Shown here in pieces: positions 13,447 to 26,946 of a stretch of 64,000 nt of DNA. Under the pieces are notes generated by a model. The model did no database searches and was not told where the DNA came from. It saw only the letters and a program-made list of their open reading frames with translations. The first letter of the stretch is position 1, and each line of letters opens with the position of its first letter. The translations under genes and the position numbers were made by a program. The stretch spans positions 213,900,001 through 213,964,000 of the forward strand of contig OX597815.1 of assembly GCA_951406725.2 (NCBI GenBank), read 5' to 3'. This DNA is from Octopus vulgaris. Taxonomy: Eukaryota.

Positions 13447-14355
13447 TTCTTTGCGGTCACAAGTCAAGGAAGCACTGTGCGAGTGTCGTGGGGACCGTTC
13501 TTCTTCTGACGAAGTCATTAAAACACGGAATGAGAAGATTGGTGCGGCTGTTAGGATGCTAAATATTTGGCACGGCTGACTAGATACTCAACCTGTTTCG
13601 TTGACAGTATATTTTGGCATTGGAGGCAAATATGCCTACACATGCATAGGAGTATGCACGTACAGACAGAGCGTGAGAGAGAGAGAGAGGGAGAGAGAGA
13701 GAGAGAGAGAGAGGGACATTACAATTTATCAATAGAACACGATTCACATAAACGCTTTCTTCTTATGCTCATACGCATAAAGAGAGAGACAGAGAGAAAG
13801 AGAGATAGGATGAGGGAGGGAGAGAGGGTAGAGGGAGAGATGATAGAGCGAGAGAGAGAGAGAAACAATAAAACGAAAGAAACGTTGAAACGTCTGATAT
13901 CAAACAAGTCAGCGTCGAATCAGCTACGCCAAAAAAAAAAGCCGGCGCCAAAACGGCTGAAACAAGACGTCTCACACTTATTAAAACAATATTAGCGCAT
14001 CTCCCAAATTTCATGCTGTACAGTCTTAAACACAGAAGCATATAGTATTAGATGATATCAGTAAAACTATGGATGACTCACAGCAACAGAGGCTTTGAGC
14101 ATAGGTCAGCTTGATCGAAATTGATCTGGGGGTTCACATAGTAATAACAAAACCAAAGAAATTTGCTGATGCAAAGAGAAATGACTTCTTGTAAGAAAAA
14201 AATACTCAGGGAGAGAAAATCACTGTCCATTAGCAAAAACAAAAAAAATGTTTTGTAATAGGGACAGTATTGTACCAGTGAGTATAAAAGTGCGTGTTTT
14301 TGATTGTGTTTGTGAGTGTTGTAGATGTGTGCTACATATGTCCTTTCGTATGTAT

Positions 14356-14404
<49 letters not shown>

Positions 14405-14420
14405 CACACACATGTACATA

Positions 14421-14600
14421 CGAGGGGTTGCTGAAAAATTCCTGGCTTTGGTTAAAAGAAAATACAAGAGGATCAGTAAATTATAATTTATATTCGGCAT
14501 ATTCCCCGCTCAGATTCACACATTTATTGCAGCGGCCCTTCAGTTTTCCTGAGTCTTGCGAAAAAATAAAAATTCCTCGGATGGTTGGGTCTCCGACCAG
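14421..14600 (+). mobile_element. Mariner-derived MITE, right end missing
   Basis: TA|CGAGGGGTTGCTGAAAAATTCCTGGCTT mariner-type TIR, truncated where the Penelope relic begins. Confidence 0.7.
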
Positions 14601-14604
14601 GTCG

Positions 14605-15650
14605 AAGATAGTCACATGGCTGGTCTTAGAAATTTTTGTAAGGTCCCCTCTACGGCCGTGTGTTAGTATCACGTGACAATATTTGGCGTCGTAAGTTAAG
14701 GCTGACACGATTGACTGAAAATACCCAAAGAATCAATGCTCTGAATGTTTTCTGTTAAGTGTTTGTAGAAAATGTACACATGATTAAGTTTATAAGCTTT
14801 TGTACGTTTCCCGTTAGTCCGTGCGTTAGTGTCACGTGACGGTATATTTTGCGCCTAAAAAGTGAGCCGACACGGTTGAGTGAATATGTTTAGTTATAAC
14901 CAAGATATACCAAATTTAATCTGGGAGAGTGGACTGGTTAAAATTTAGGTTGTTAGCTGTGAAGCTTCCTCATAACAAGTGGCAGATTGAATTTTGTGTG
15001 TGAATGATTATTTGTGTATATAGTCTGTTAAAGTTAGTGAAGTCTTGGTTTGTACTTTTGTATGAAAGTATTTTCTTTGTTTATCCATACTTCATCTGTG
15101 GTATACACTGAACATAGATAGAGTGGGAAGACCTGGAATTTGAGAGGCTTATTTTTTGTACATATGTCTATCTAACCACTTAGTGGGATCTGTCTAGTAC
15201 AAGGGTCTCGTATTTGTTGTTGGTGAATGGTCAGTCTATTTCTCAGAGTAAGCTTTGTTTGACCTATGTAATCATTACATCCTTGACATTTGACAGCGTA
15301 CATTAAGTTCCATGAAGAACATGCGAAGTGATTTTTTACGGCAAAATCTGTCCTGATTTGAATTTGTATGTTGCGTCTTCAATAAAGTTGAAGCAGGGCC
15401 CGCAACTGGGGCGCTCGCATTTTTCGACTGTTGGTGTAGGAATTGTGGAAGGTAATTTAGCACTTGTGAGGAATTTTTCGAGGGACTTTGAGTGTCTTTT
15501 ATTTTTGATTAGTCTGTGTGTTTCAAATACTTGTTTCATTCTTGGGTATTGTTTCAGTAGTGGATAATATTGTAAACCTGTGTTTCTTGAGTTATGTGCT
15601 GTAATAAAGGGTAGATTATTGGATGTATCTGGAGAGTTTCCGTAGTTCTT
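14605..15650 (-). mobile_element. Penelope-like element relic: GIY-YIG endonuclease and 3' UTR
   Basis: Minus strand LPFITAHN...LTSAKL...TVEKCERPSCGPC...IGQTKLTLRNRLTIHQQQIRDP...RQIPLS gives the Cys-rich linker and (Y)IGQT motif. A duplicated ~70-bp motif (ccgtgygttagtrtcacgtgac) lies at about 14655 and 14818. Confidence 0.85.
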
Positions 15651-16300
15651 CCATATTTATTACTTTGTGGATATATATATATCTATATATATGGATGTAT
15701 ATATACATATATATATTATATGCATTTATATGAATATGCATATATAAATGCACATTTATAAACATACTGACGCACATATATATGCATTATTATATTCATA
15801 TAGGTTATGCATATATAAACAAATACATATATAAAGACTTGCATACACACATATGTGTCTGTGTTGGCACAGGAATGTTTACGCTGGTATATATTTGTAT
15901 ATACAGTAAAATATGTAATTTCAGAGCGATAGGGACGGAAAGTATGAAGGAGAAAGACAAAGCAAATAGAGAGATAGATAAATAAATAGATAGATAGAAA
16001 GAGAGAGAGAGAGAGGGAGAGAGGGAGAGAGGAGAGGAGAGAAACACTGGAGAAAGATTCGGAAACGTGTATAGGAGATTGATGTTTCCAGGCAGGGACG
16101 AGAACGAGTAAAACGTAATGAAATATGGCTTAGATTCCGGTAAAGGCTATTGATTTGTCAAGTTATGACATCAGCCTCTTGTCAGTAACTCTGGCCAAGA
16201 CTCTAGAATTGCTGATATATTCACAGGTTTTCAAGCTTGCAATATAAATCCCTGAGGAGATATGGGAAAATTCCTCTGAATATATTTCAGATTTCTCATC

Positions 16301-16445
16301 GTATGTATGTATGTATGTATGTATGTATGTATGTATGTATGTATGTATGTATGTATGTATGTATGTATGTATGTATGTATGTATGTATGTATGTATGTAT
16401 GTATGTATGTATGTATGTATGTATGTATGTATGTATGTATGTATG
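16301..16445. repeat. (TATG)n microsatellite
   Basis: Long pure tetranucleotide run. Confidence 0.95.
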
Positions 16446-16576
16446 TGTGTATTTATGTATTTATGCACGAATCTATGTACGTATGTGTATGCATGTATGA
16501 ATCTGTATATGTATATATATTATGCATTCATGCGTGTATGTTTATATATGTATATGTATGTTTGGATGTATAGAAA

Positions 16577-16613
<37 letters not shown>

Positions 16614-17094
16614 ATAGATATATAAACGTATATATATATATTTGTATGTAGTAGGTGTATATGTTTGTGTGTGCGCATGTATATATATATATATACATAC
16701 ATACATACATGTAGATGTGTATGCATATATGTATCCAGACACATACATATATATACATATATATATATAAATAGAGAGGGAGAAAGAAGCAAATAGATGG
16801 AGTACCAAAGAAAATATGTTAATGCTTTCATATTTGTATTTCAGTATGCTTTGACGTGGCTGTATTTGTACAATCTCGAGGTCACGTGTCTAATTCCATA
16901 TCATTTGTAATACAGAACCGTTGCGTATGTACGCATGCGCATACGTTCCAATTACTATGTTAGGATGACTAATTTTGAATCAGTTTATTCGTTTTGCATA
17001 GAATAGGAATATGGAAATGAATGTCCTAAAACAAAATGGCGGCTAATAAAGTTGACTGTCCGTGGCAATCTTTTATGGCTTCAGCGGATTTCTT

Positions 17095-17170
17095 TCCCTT
17101 ATCTGTATTTACTTTTATTGGTTGCAGCTAGAGACTGTGGCCACGCTGGGGCACTACCTTTAGTGTAACT
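17095..17170 (-). mobile_element. 3' terminal tail of the LINE at 18833-19170, separated from it by the CR1 insertion
   Basis: Minus ggtagtgccccagcgtggccacagtctctagctgcaaccaataaaag. It joins 18833 through the shared TAACT. Confidence 0.65.
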
Positions 17171-18832
17171 ATTTTCAAACAAGATGATGGTCGTGAACCC
17201 CCTCCATTTGATAGATCGGTACCTCCAATGCTTCGATTGGTCATCACGCGGGACGAAGTCAAACGTGTTATTCAAGGCCTCGATGTCAACAAGGGTCACG
17301 GCCCTGACGGCATACACCTACGGGTTATCAAAGCGTTGGCTCCGGTCATCTGCGAGCCCTTAACACGACAATTCAATATGTCATTGGCGACGGGTGTTAT
17401 ACCTGCAGACTGGAGAACAGCGATAATCTGCCCAATTTTCAAGAAAGGGAGCCGCGAAGACCCGCTTAACTACCGACCGGTTTCCCTTACATCAATAATC
17501 AGCAAGATGTTCGAAACCATCCTTAAGAAAAGTATGATGCTCCACCTCCTAAACACAGCCTCTATCTCTGATTCCCAACACGGCTTCGTGCCGAAGAGAT
17601 CATGCTTGACCAACTTACTAGTAATGGAATAATTGGTGACGCGCATCCTCGATGATAGTGATGCTGTTGACATCGTTTTATTGGACCTTGCCAAAGCTTT
17701 TGACTCGGTAAACCACCGCCTATTACTTGTCAAGCTTCAAGCATATAGTTTCCATCCGGATATTGTACGATGGGTTGGTGCCTTTCTCTCAGATCGCTCC
17801 TTCCAAGTCCAAGTTAATGGTTCGCGGTCCGACGTCTCCAGTGCGAGCAGTGGCGTGCCTCAAGGTTCAGTGCTTGGGCCCTTGTTGTTCTTAGTCTTCA
17901 TAAATGACTTGCCCGACGACCTCACGCAACACACCCTTCTATTTGCCAACGATATCAAACTGGTCGCTCCTCGCGGTAATATAGAGGATCTTCGTCGATG
18001 CCTCCACCAAATTTGGAAGTGGTCTAACGATTGGGACCTGTGTCTGAACGTGTCAAAGTGCTGTCATCTGCCTGTCGGCTCTACTCCTGCAACTCAACTT
18101 GATTTCTAGCCGGGTCGTCTGGTGCTGGAGAGGACCGATCAGGTAAAGGACCTGGGTATCTTGGTGGATTCCTCCTTTTCGCCTTCGGCCCAGTACGTCC
18201 ATGCTGCCAACAAAGCACGCGGAATTCTGTTCTTGATTCGACGGTCATTCGGAATGCTCACAGCAGCCATATTCCTACCACTCTATGTCACGCTGGTGAG
18301 ACCCATATTGGAGTATGGGATTCAAGCCTCTTCTCCTTATCTCCTCAAAGACATACAGCATCTCGAAAGAGTCCAGAAGCTGGCTACCCGCATGGTGCAT
18401 GGTCTCAAAAATTTGTCCTACGAAGAAAGGCTGAGGACGCTCGACCTTTATTCTCTTGAAAAACGCCGCCGCCATGGTGATCTCGTTCTCGCCCACAACA
18501 TCATAAGCGGAAAGTGTAACCTCTCGAAAGAGCTGTTCTTCACTCCTGCTCCAGAGCGTCGGCTGCGGGGTCATTCCGAAAAGCTCTACCTGCGACGATT
18601 TCATCTCAATCGAAGGAGAGGAGCTTTCTCCGTCCGGGTTGCGGATCCGTGGAACAAGCTGCCAGACGAGATGGTGAAGATGCCGACGACCGTTTTGTTC
18701 AAAGCCTCCCTGGACCTCAAGTGGCCTGAACTCTTTACATGAACACCACTCTGTACTTAACTCCATGTCCCCCTACATGGCCTTGCTATTTGCTTTTGAG
18801 CCAAATTTAACTAACTAACTAACTAACTAACT
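17171..18832 (+). mobile_element. Young 5'-truncated CR1-clade LINE (ORF2 RT domain, 3' UTR, (AACT)n tail)
   Basis: ORFs 17228..17632, 17633..18109 and 18122..18742 are one frame broken by two stops. Motifs GPDGIH, PIFKKG, NYRPVSLTS, QHGF, LDLAKAFDSV, GVPQGSVLGPLLF, LFAND (catalytic DD changed to ND). Tail taactaactaact. Confidence 0.95.
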
Positions 18833-19170
18833 GGTTTTTTACTCTCATTTCCCGGTTCAATTTTTGGAACTGTTTCTGATGAAGTAATGAGTTTCGTAGA
18901 GCTCTTCTTCTTTGAGTTTCATGCCTCGATAATAATAATTCGTGTGGTACGTCAGATAAAAATTTGTCCGAATGCTCTTTGGGCATATCTATATCCGCAT
19001 CGCGCAGATCTCTGAGGTTGTTTGGCAGATTATTGAAAATTTGTGGTCCCTAAGTTATTACAATACTGTGTCCTTACTCTAGATGGAAAGAGCGCGATCA
19101 TTGCTACTGTGCAGTGGTGTTCCGTTTGGAGGCAGGTATAGCCTTGAATCCTAAAGTTGGGTTGTAGAAC
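18833..19170 (-). mobile_element. Old LINE (CR1/L2-type superclade) ORF2 C-terminus
   Basis: Minus pieces PNFRIQGY, HHCTV, SRVRTQYCNNLG, and DVPHE...RRRALRNSLLHQ, like the VPDEP...RAAxSNSL end of such ORF2s. Confidence 0.7.
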
Positions 19171-19604
19171 TTTTGAAAATTATCTCTCTCTTTCTCTCTC
19201 TCTCTCCTCTCTCTCTCTTTATATATACATATAAACAATTTAGCTAGTTAGAAAACATATGGCTGTTCCAACGGAACCGACGTTACTACCATTTCATCTC
19301 CAAGAGGACGCTTCCTCCAACTGGTTATTCGATGCAATTTGCACCCGATATATATTGCAGGCAGGGGAGCGAACCCTATCCACTTCCACTCACGAGACCA
19401 CCATTCCGTACGGCTTCGATCTCTTTGTGCTCATCCTCGGTGGTGGATACTCGTCCGCTAGAAATAGTAGTAGTTCATCCAGCTCGCAATAAATAGTAAA
19501 TAAAGGACACCCAGTCACTGATCTTGCAACAAGCAAATTACCCAGTTAGAAAATTTCTATAAGAGATGAAAGCAGTAACTATACTGAGAGGTAATGGTTA
19601 TCGC

Positions 19605-19636
<32 letters not shown>

Positions 19637-19817
19637 GGAGAAGGGCTTCCATTCTTTTAGCTTCTCCCTACAGCTTATCTGACGCACCGAGTCAATCTTC
19701 TTTGTATAGTGGCGTTTGACTGTGTTGAGTTCCGTTGATTGTTTGACGCTTTGCAGCGACCACAGATCGGAGACTTCACAAATTGAATTTTTATAATACG
19801 GTTTTGCATTACTTACA

Positions 19818-19855
<38 letters not shown>

Positions 19856-19995
19856 TGTATTATGTATTAAATGACAATCATGATGATGGTTATTATTAGT
19901 GTGTGGATGATGATGACGGAGCTGATCAGTTTAGCTACACTGACACATATCATAATACATGTAGGTGTTGTGTGTTTCTTTGTGCATATGTTTAT

Positions 19996-20057
<62 letters not shown>

Positions 20058-20163
20058 ACGTTTGTATATGTGTGTATTTGCGTGTGTGAAGTTGTTATTC
20101 GTTTTACACGTTACGTTTTGCACAGTATCACTTTAGCACGGTTTTTGTTTTGGTCGATTTTGT

Positions 20164-20619
20164 TTGTTATATTTTCCTTTCTTTTATTTTACTTCCCTTT
20201 CCATTTCTAAGATATTATGGTATAGGAACGTGGAAACTGTTAATCCGTTGCTACTTCGGAAAATTTGTCGAAATGTAGGTGAATGGTGGCCTGTATGTTC
20301 CGAGAAGGATTTACGCTCAGCGCGCATCTGTAGGTCAGGCAATGACAACTGGGAGAATGCACTTGATTTCATAAAACACCATCACAAAACAAGATTTGCT
20401 TCGTATTTGATGAGCTGTGAAGACGAGAAAATAATGCAGCTGAGCAATAGGAATGAGACGTTTGGTGCAGTATTCTTTAAATTTTGTTTCTATTTGGGAA
20501 ACCTTAACGTGGTACTCAATCTGTTAGAAGTAGTTGCTAAATCTGCCTTAAATCACATCCTAATGTCTAAAACGAAAAGGAAAATTAGTTTATGTATTAC
20601 TAGAGGACAATATGCCTGA
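20164..20619 (+). CDS. Unassigned 151-codon ORF, possible coding exon from about 20212
   Basis: Long pyrimidine tract and AG at about 20211, then an open frame in mostly unique sequence. No domain recognised, and the 3' part overlaps an old repeat. Confidence 0.2.
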   Translation: MLYFPFFYFTSLSISKILWYRNVETVNPLLLRKICRNVGEWWPVCSEKDLRSARICRSGNDNWENALDFIKHHHKTRFASYLMSCEDEKIMQLSNRNETFGAVFFKFCFYLGNLNVVLNLLEVVAKSALNHILMSKTKRKISLCITRGQYA

Positions 20620-22116
20620 AAAGGAAATGGAATGGTTACACCAAAAATACTTTTGGTCATAAGCCTACTCTTTCATGCTTCACTTGAAATAAACAAATCA
20701 ACAGTTCATAAAGCCTTTCATCGATTTCTTCCAGAAGTATTAGTTACTGTTTTGTAACATTACTCAGATAAATGGGTGACACTTTTCAAAGGGATAACTA
20801 TAAATCAGTTTTCTTTTTTGGGATGTTTTTAATCAGTTCACTCATCTTCCTTAAGAAATACTGACGTCCTTGTGGAGGATGCTGACGCTCACTTTAGAAA
20901 ACGCTATATTAAAAGAAGGCTCAAACATTTTAGCATGGAGAAAAACTCAATTTGGAATGTTAGGAAATTCAATTTATTTTACTACAACTACTTACCTCTC
21001 TCAAGTTGTATAATTTTTAACATTTCCAATAATACTATAACAGTAATGTTTGCTCTAAATACAATGTTCACTTTTACCTCTATGTCATATTTCTTAATTC
21101 AATCCTTTTCCTTCTATCAAATTGCAACACACAAGACATCTTTTCACGTCCAAACTACTCAAACGGAATTCTCGTTGATTAAACGTCGCGGCGTGATCTC
21201 CGTCTTCAGTTTTGAACAACCTGTAAAGTCTACGGCTATTGCTATTTTACACAATGAGGACTTTAAAAGAAAATCGATAATTGCAAATTAATATTTGACA
21301 CTCAATCAAAGCCTTAGATTCAAAGCAGAAAATAGGAGGCTTGAGTTACCAAAAAACATCGGCAACATATGTGAACAAAAACTTTCACAGGGTTCTAATC
21401 GTACGATTCAATCTTTTCTATTTGTTCTCCGTCACATCATGTTTACTTATAAAATATATTACTATTAGAAATTGTTTATACTTACAAGTTAGTCAAATAC
21501 GAAGTGGTCCGGGGCATTTCTTATGCCAGAATCTTCCTTAGACAAAACTTACAAAGCTTACGAGGCAAAGCTATTGATATAACGGATGTGAGCAACAACA
21601 ACAATATTCGTTAAATTGAGAGAAATAGTCTGGATAATGATATAGGACGCTCACACTGTAAGCACTCCCCTCCCTTGTTTCAAATAGTTGTTTAAAACGC
21701 CTGCTTAAGGAGTTTGTTTATGTATGACGCATGCTTCTAAGTTTACAATATTTGTGTCACACAAAATAAACTTGGAGACTATCATTTAGAAAAGTCTAGA
21801 GTGAATTTAGATACTACAGTATGGTCGGGAAGCCTCTTTCATTGTAGCTTTCTGTAGTGTGTAGCTACGTCGGTATACATTCTACGTTGAAATCCTGTGG
21901 GGATCGACTTTATCTTCCTTTCCTTTGCAGACAGGGGTGGGCTCGATAAAATAAGTACGAGTCAAGAACTTTTATCGACCGAATCGACTGTTCCCTCCAT
22001 CAAGATTTGTAGTCTAGATATTACTTGAGAACCAAATAGTTGTGTTATTGCAGTCGGCATGAGAAGTAACAATGCAGGCACTTTAGCTTTGAACCATCGC
22101 CTTAATGCAACGGTGT

Positions 22117-22422
22117 GGAGGCACTTGGCCTAGTGGTTAGAGCAGCGGACTCGCGGTCGAGGGATCGCAGGTTCGAATCTCAGACCGGGCGATGTGTGTG
22201 TTTATGAGTGAAACACCTAAGCTCCACGCGGCTCCGGCAGAAGGTAATGGCGAAACATCTGCTGACTCTTTCGCCACAACTTTCTCTCACTCCTTCCTCC
22301 TGCATCTTGCAGCTCACCTACGACGGACCGGCGTCCCATCCAGGTGGGGGACCTATACGCCAAGAAACCGAGAAACCGGCCCTTATGAGCCAGGCATGGC
22401 TCGAGAAGGAACAAACAACAAC
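22117..22422 (+). mobile_element. tRNA-derived SINE (SINE-C), near full length
   Basis: A-box TGGCCTAGTGG, B-box GGTTCGAATCT, internal gcagaaggtaatggcgaa and cgacggaccggcgtcccatccagg motifs, (AAC)n tail. Confidence 0.9.
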
Positions 22423-24559
22423 TTAATACAACGAGACAAAACAAGTGACTTTGTAACAACAGGAAACTGAATATTTACTAAGCGGATAAGTCTATGTGGA
22501 CACGTCTAAGATCGCACGTTATAAATCAAGAGAATTTCTTCACTTTCAATATCAACAACACATTGTTCTTGCTAAGTGATACTTTGTTTTTAAAAGCCAT
22601 AAATTTGAACAGAGAAATTTTACGACCGAAAGCATCACTATCTAGTGTAAATAAATACTGAATGTAATGAAATGAAGTCGGCACAGATACAAGCAATCTC
22701 AATAGTGAAAAATTATATTTAAGAAAATAGATGCTGACTCGATTAAAACTAATTTTGTTTCCTTTTGTTTGCACATCTTTGAGTACTTTCTATGTAAAGA
22801 ATCTGAGTCGTTTATTTTATATATTTCAATTTTTTCTTCAGTTCAAAATTCTATTTCACTGACAGTTCTGTAATTAGTGTCTGCCTTATCAGTTTTCAGA
22901 AAATTGGACACATGGAGAAGAATTCAAGTGTCTTTATTCTTGTTTCCAGCGTCAAATCGATTTTTAACTTCTTTTGGAGATAATAATTGAAAAGGCGGAC
23001 GTTTTTTTCTTTTCTTTTCGGCGTTTATCTTTTATTGCAGTCTTTAAAAAAAGAAGGAGTCTCAATAGATATTTCATAAAGTATTGATCTCACAAATAAC
23101 ATACTTTGACTTTGTGTTCTAGAAGAATGACGCATGGTTTTTAGACACATGATTTTTACTTATCTCACCTTGCAAATATCGTTGCTAAAATAGATTTAAC
23201 TGATTCTTGTCACATTATAAAAAAGTTGAGTGAGGAACATCATTCTATTCTGAAGAGATCAAAGTGTGTTAGAGTACAGGAAGGAAAGAAATTTATGTTC
23301 ACAAAGAAATATGTTTATTCAGAAAGGTGAAGATTTTCTTCGTAGGGTTTAATGTACATAAATATAGCTAAGCCATATGAGATGATATGAAAGGTGATGG
23401 TTGATAAATTTTACATGCAGTATTTTTTCAAATGTCCGCACAGCAAAAAGAAAAAATAAAGAATTAAAACAAGCTTGCATTTATTCATCGATGACAACTG
23501 GTGCTTCATTTCAAGAATATGGCAGAAGAAAATTCGCAATTCAAGTATTTAGACTTTGCTAATAATACACATGAAATGGAGTTAATCTTATTTTCACACT
23601 GTCTTAATAAGTACCGTTTCCAATACTGAATGGGAAAGTATGACTCCAAATGAATGAAATACAAACCACAATGCGATTTGAACTGCGAACGTAGATGAAC
23701 AAAAATAAACACCCGTCTCTAAATTTTACTACTCTAGATAATAAAAGTATCTTATTTAGGCACAAATCCAATAAATTTTGTGATAGACTGGGCGATACAA
23801 TCGACCCAAGTACTTTCCCAAAAGGATGAAAGCAAAGTTGACTTGAGTGGCATTTGAAACCCGAAAATAAAGAATCGGAGCAAATATAGTAAACCATTTT
23901 TAGTTTCGAGTTTCTAGCGATTCTGCCAGCTTACCACCTTTCTCTGAATAGTTTATGCATTTCAGCATCCACAGGTTGGGTTGTACGTAGATATGTCGTA
24001 AACACCATCTTCGTATTTCATTCATAGTTTGACAGCGAAGATGTAAACTCTACGGTAGCAACAAATTGCCAACAGTTAACTTTCTCCATTATCCTACTAA
24101 CCGCCACTCACGATATAACAATAGGGTGGTACTACAAATAATTGATTGAATATTTGAACATTTTTGGTTGCGAAGATCATCACGTTGCATTCTATATCGT
24201 TTTTTATTCATTATATATTTGAAATAAGAAGGGAAGAAGTTTGGCAGAATTGGAACATCGCCAGACAAAATTACGTTGCCGTGTGTTTTACGTTTCTTTA
24301 CTTCCGAGTTCAAACCTTACGAAGGTCAAATCTTTTTTGATGCAAATAAAGTATAAATCTAATATTGAAATCAATGCATTTCACGTTATTCTACTGTCTT
24401 CCAGTGCCTCAGTTACAAATCAAGTTGCCAAGTCAAATTATAGCCGATTAAAATATCCAATTTTATCTGGGACGATTGAATTTATATATGTGAGTGTTTA
24501 TGAATAAGTTTCTATACATACAGATATTTGTATGTAATGATCTATGCTTGTGTGTACAA

Positions 24560-24597
<38 letters not shown>

Positions 24598-25249
24598 AGG
24601 TTGGGTAGCACAAATGGTATTAACAGAACCCAAAACAGGAACAAAAGAGAATCTTAGTCACCAGAAATTACAAAGTGACTGAATGGCCGAAATTTTTAAT
24701 ACTTGCTCGAACGTTTCCATATGGCACTGTAGAGAGTTCTAGGTCACACCAAAAGACATATGTTTGACTCTTAGGAATAAATTCCAGGGTAGGATAAACC
24801 CAGGTTTCACTGATTTTCATAGAAAATACGTTTCTGCCTCAGCACACTCGATCAACCTTTGAATCAAGTTACTCGGGTATTCATGTGTTCCCTTTTACAG
24901 TCTGTAGTAATCCATGAAGGTGAAGGAGGATAGTTAGTACGGCATTATGATCCATGGTTAATATGCAGCAATAAACCTAATAGAAATTGATTGCTCTTGG
25001 ATCACCAGTTCTTACTTTGTATGCAGAGTTGCAACATTTGCAGCTGTCGAAAGTTGTTCGCGTCATAAAATTAAATTTTCCAATAAATCGCTTCCTTAGA
25101 TTTCCTTGGAACTACAGATGATGTTTGGTCTGTGGAAATAAACTGAATGAGAACTGCTTAGCATGCCTGCATTACATGGTATAAATTGCTAATGGTTGCA
25201 ATTTATATTTGAAACACCGTGAAGACCTAAAGCATTTCCGCTCAGGCGT

Positions 25250-25645
25250 GACGGTGCGCTGAGAAGTTTGATTCTCAGCCACCTGGTTCCGGGTTTAGTT
25301 CCGCCGCGTGACACCTTGGGCAAGTGTCTTTTGCTATAGCTTCGGGCTGACCGAGGCCTTGTGAATGGATTTGGTAGATGGAAACTAAAAGAGACCCAAC
25401 ACACACACACACACATACACACACATACACACACATTTGTTTTTGTTTTTCCCCCAGCCGGTGTTGGTTTATTTACGTCCCCATTACTAGTTCGGCAAAA
25501 GGGCCCGATGGAATAAATAGCAGACTTTATAAAGATGAGTACTGGAAGGGGCTGGGGTGGTGATCCACGTGACTAAAAATTCATCAGGACGGTGCTCCAG
25601 CATGGCCGCAGTCTAATAATTGAAACAAGTAAAAAGTAAAAGATA
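25250..25645 (+). mobile_element. tRNA-derived SINE with central microsatellite (SINE-B)
   Basis: accttgggcaagtgtctt...ggatttggtagatggaaact, (CA)n, then tail ggtgctccagcatggccgcagtc...gaaacaagtaaaa. Confidence 0.85.
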
Positions 25646-25914
25646 AATATTTACTCGAATCCAAGCAAACACTGGCAACTACTGAACGACACAATAATTA
25701 CAGATAGAAGGAAAACCGTCTGGTATTTTATTTAGTCTAGTCATGGAGGTAAACGAAAACCCTCAAAGAGACTGCAAATGCTAGGCTTTACTAATGATTT
25801 CACTTGCCAAAATCATGGTCACAGCACTGCAAAAACCACTTCTTAAAAGCTAACCTAAAGTTCAGCTCGCAATAGGATTGTGTTGTTACTACTTATTAAA
25901 AAGTCTCTCGACTG

Positions 25915-25986
25915 ATAGATAGGCTTGAGGTCACACACCAATGCATTTCAATAGATAGGCTTGAGGTCACACACCAATGCATTTCA
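25915..25986. repeat. Perfect 36-bp tandem duplication
   Basis: atagataggcttgaggtcacacaccaatgcatttca twice. Confidence 0.95.
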
Positions 25987-26080
25987 ATTTATAGCCCATA
26001 AACACACTGTATTTTCATTCTCTATCCTTTCACTCCTACTTAAATAGCCTCTGCCCGTTTGTGTTCACTAGATACATATG

Positions 26081-26362
26081 TGGAGGCACGTGGCCTTGTG
26101 GTTAGAGCAGCGGACTCACGGTCGAGGGATCGCGGGTTCGTATCTCAGGCAGGATGATGTGTGTGTTTATGAGCGAAACACCTAAGCTCCACTCGGCTCC
26201 AGCAGAAGGCAATGGCGAACTTCTGCTGACTCTTTCCTCCTGCATCTTACAGCTCACCTGCGACAGACTGGCGTCCCGTCCAGGTGGGGGACCTATACGC
26301 CAAGGAAACCGGGAAACCGGCCCTTATTAGCCAGGCATGGCTCGAGAAGGAACAAACAAACA
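26081..26362 (+). mobile_element. SINE-C copy
   Basis: Collinear with 22117-22422 apart from a small internal deletion. Confidence 0.9.
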
Positions 26363-26421
26363 GATGCATATCAAGTCCAAACCCACCAAGGCACTCAGCT
26401 CTCCTCCGTTTATTACTTATA

Positions 26422-26606
26422 CAGGATGCGACAGAAAGGTTAATAAAAAACAAACATGAAGATGCATGAAAACACTTTGTATTTCTATGAAGTTCATTAA
26501 ATGCATTTTCTGTTTGTTTCAGACCGTGCCCATCATGACTTGGAGTGGAGAATTTCATTTTTTTCTTGAACCTTTGGAATCGGGGCATTCTTTCTGCCGC
26601 ACCCTG
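26422..26606. mobile_element. Tc1/mariner-type MITE
   Basis: TA|CAGGATGCGACAGAAAG ... CTTTCTGCCGCACCCTG|TA. Confidence 0.85.
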
Positions 26607-26889
26607 TATTTCCTTACAACATGCTTCACACTAACCACTGTGCTCAGTCCTTTTGAGTCCTTTTTTTTTTCATTCTGGAGATACCGAAATACAGAGGTCG
26701 AAGATGATCATCAACTGTCAAAATCTCATCAGTCACAAAAGGGATCCCATGGTTACAAGAACAACTTTTTGCTCAACTTAACCATTTAAAACAAGAGTAA
26801 GTAACCTTTCTAGCATTTACACAAAATACAACTGAAACATGTTTTTAAACATCCAGGCTCAATGAATTTTGATGTCCTTGTCATGAGTG

Positions 26890-26946
<57 letters not shown>

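Noticed and set aside
18275-18766. 163-aa minus-strand ORF
   Set aside because: Antisense shadow of the CR1 ORF2.
22117-22190. tRNA gene
   Set aside because: tRNA-like head runs straight into a SINE body repeated at 26081.
23145-23326. About 60 open codons on plus with possible splice sites
   Set aside because: Weak splice sites, no homology, expected by chance.
24700-25170. Faint Gypsy integrase-like wording on minus
   Set aside because: No convincing HHCC or DDE motif could be read.
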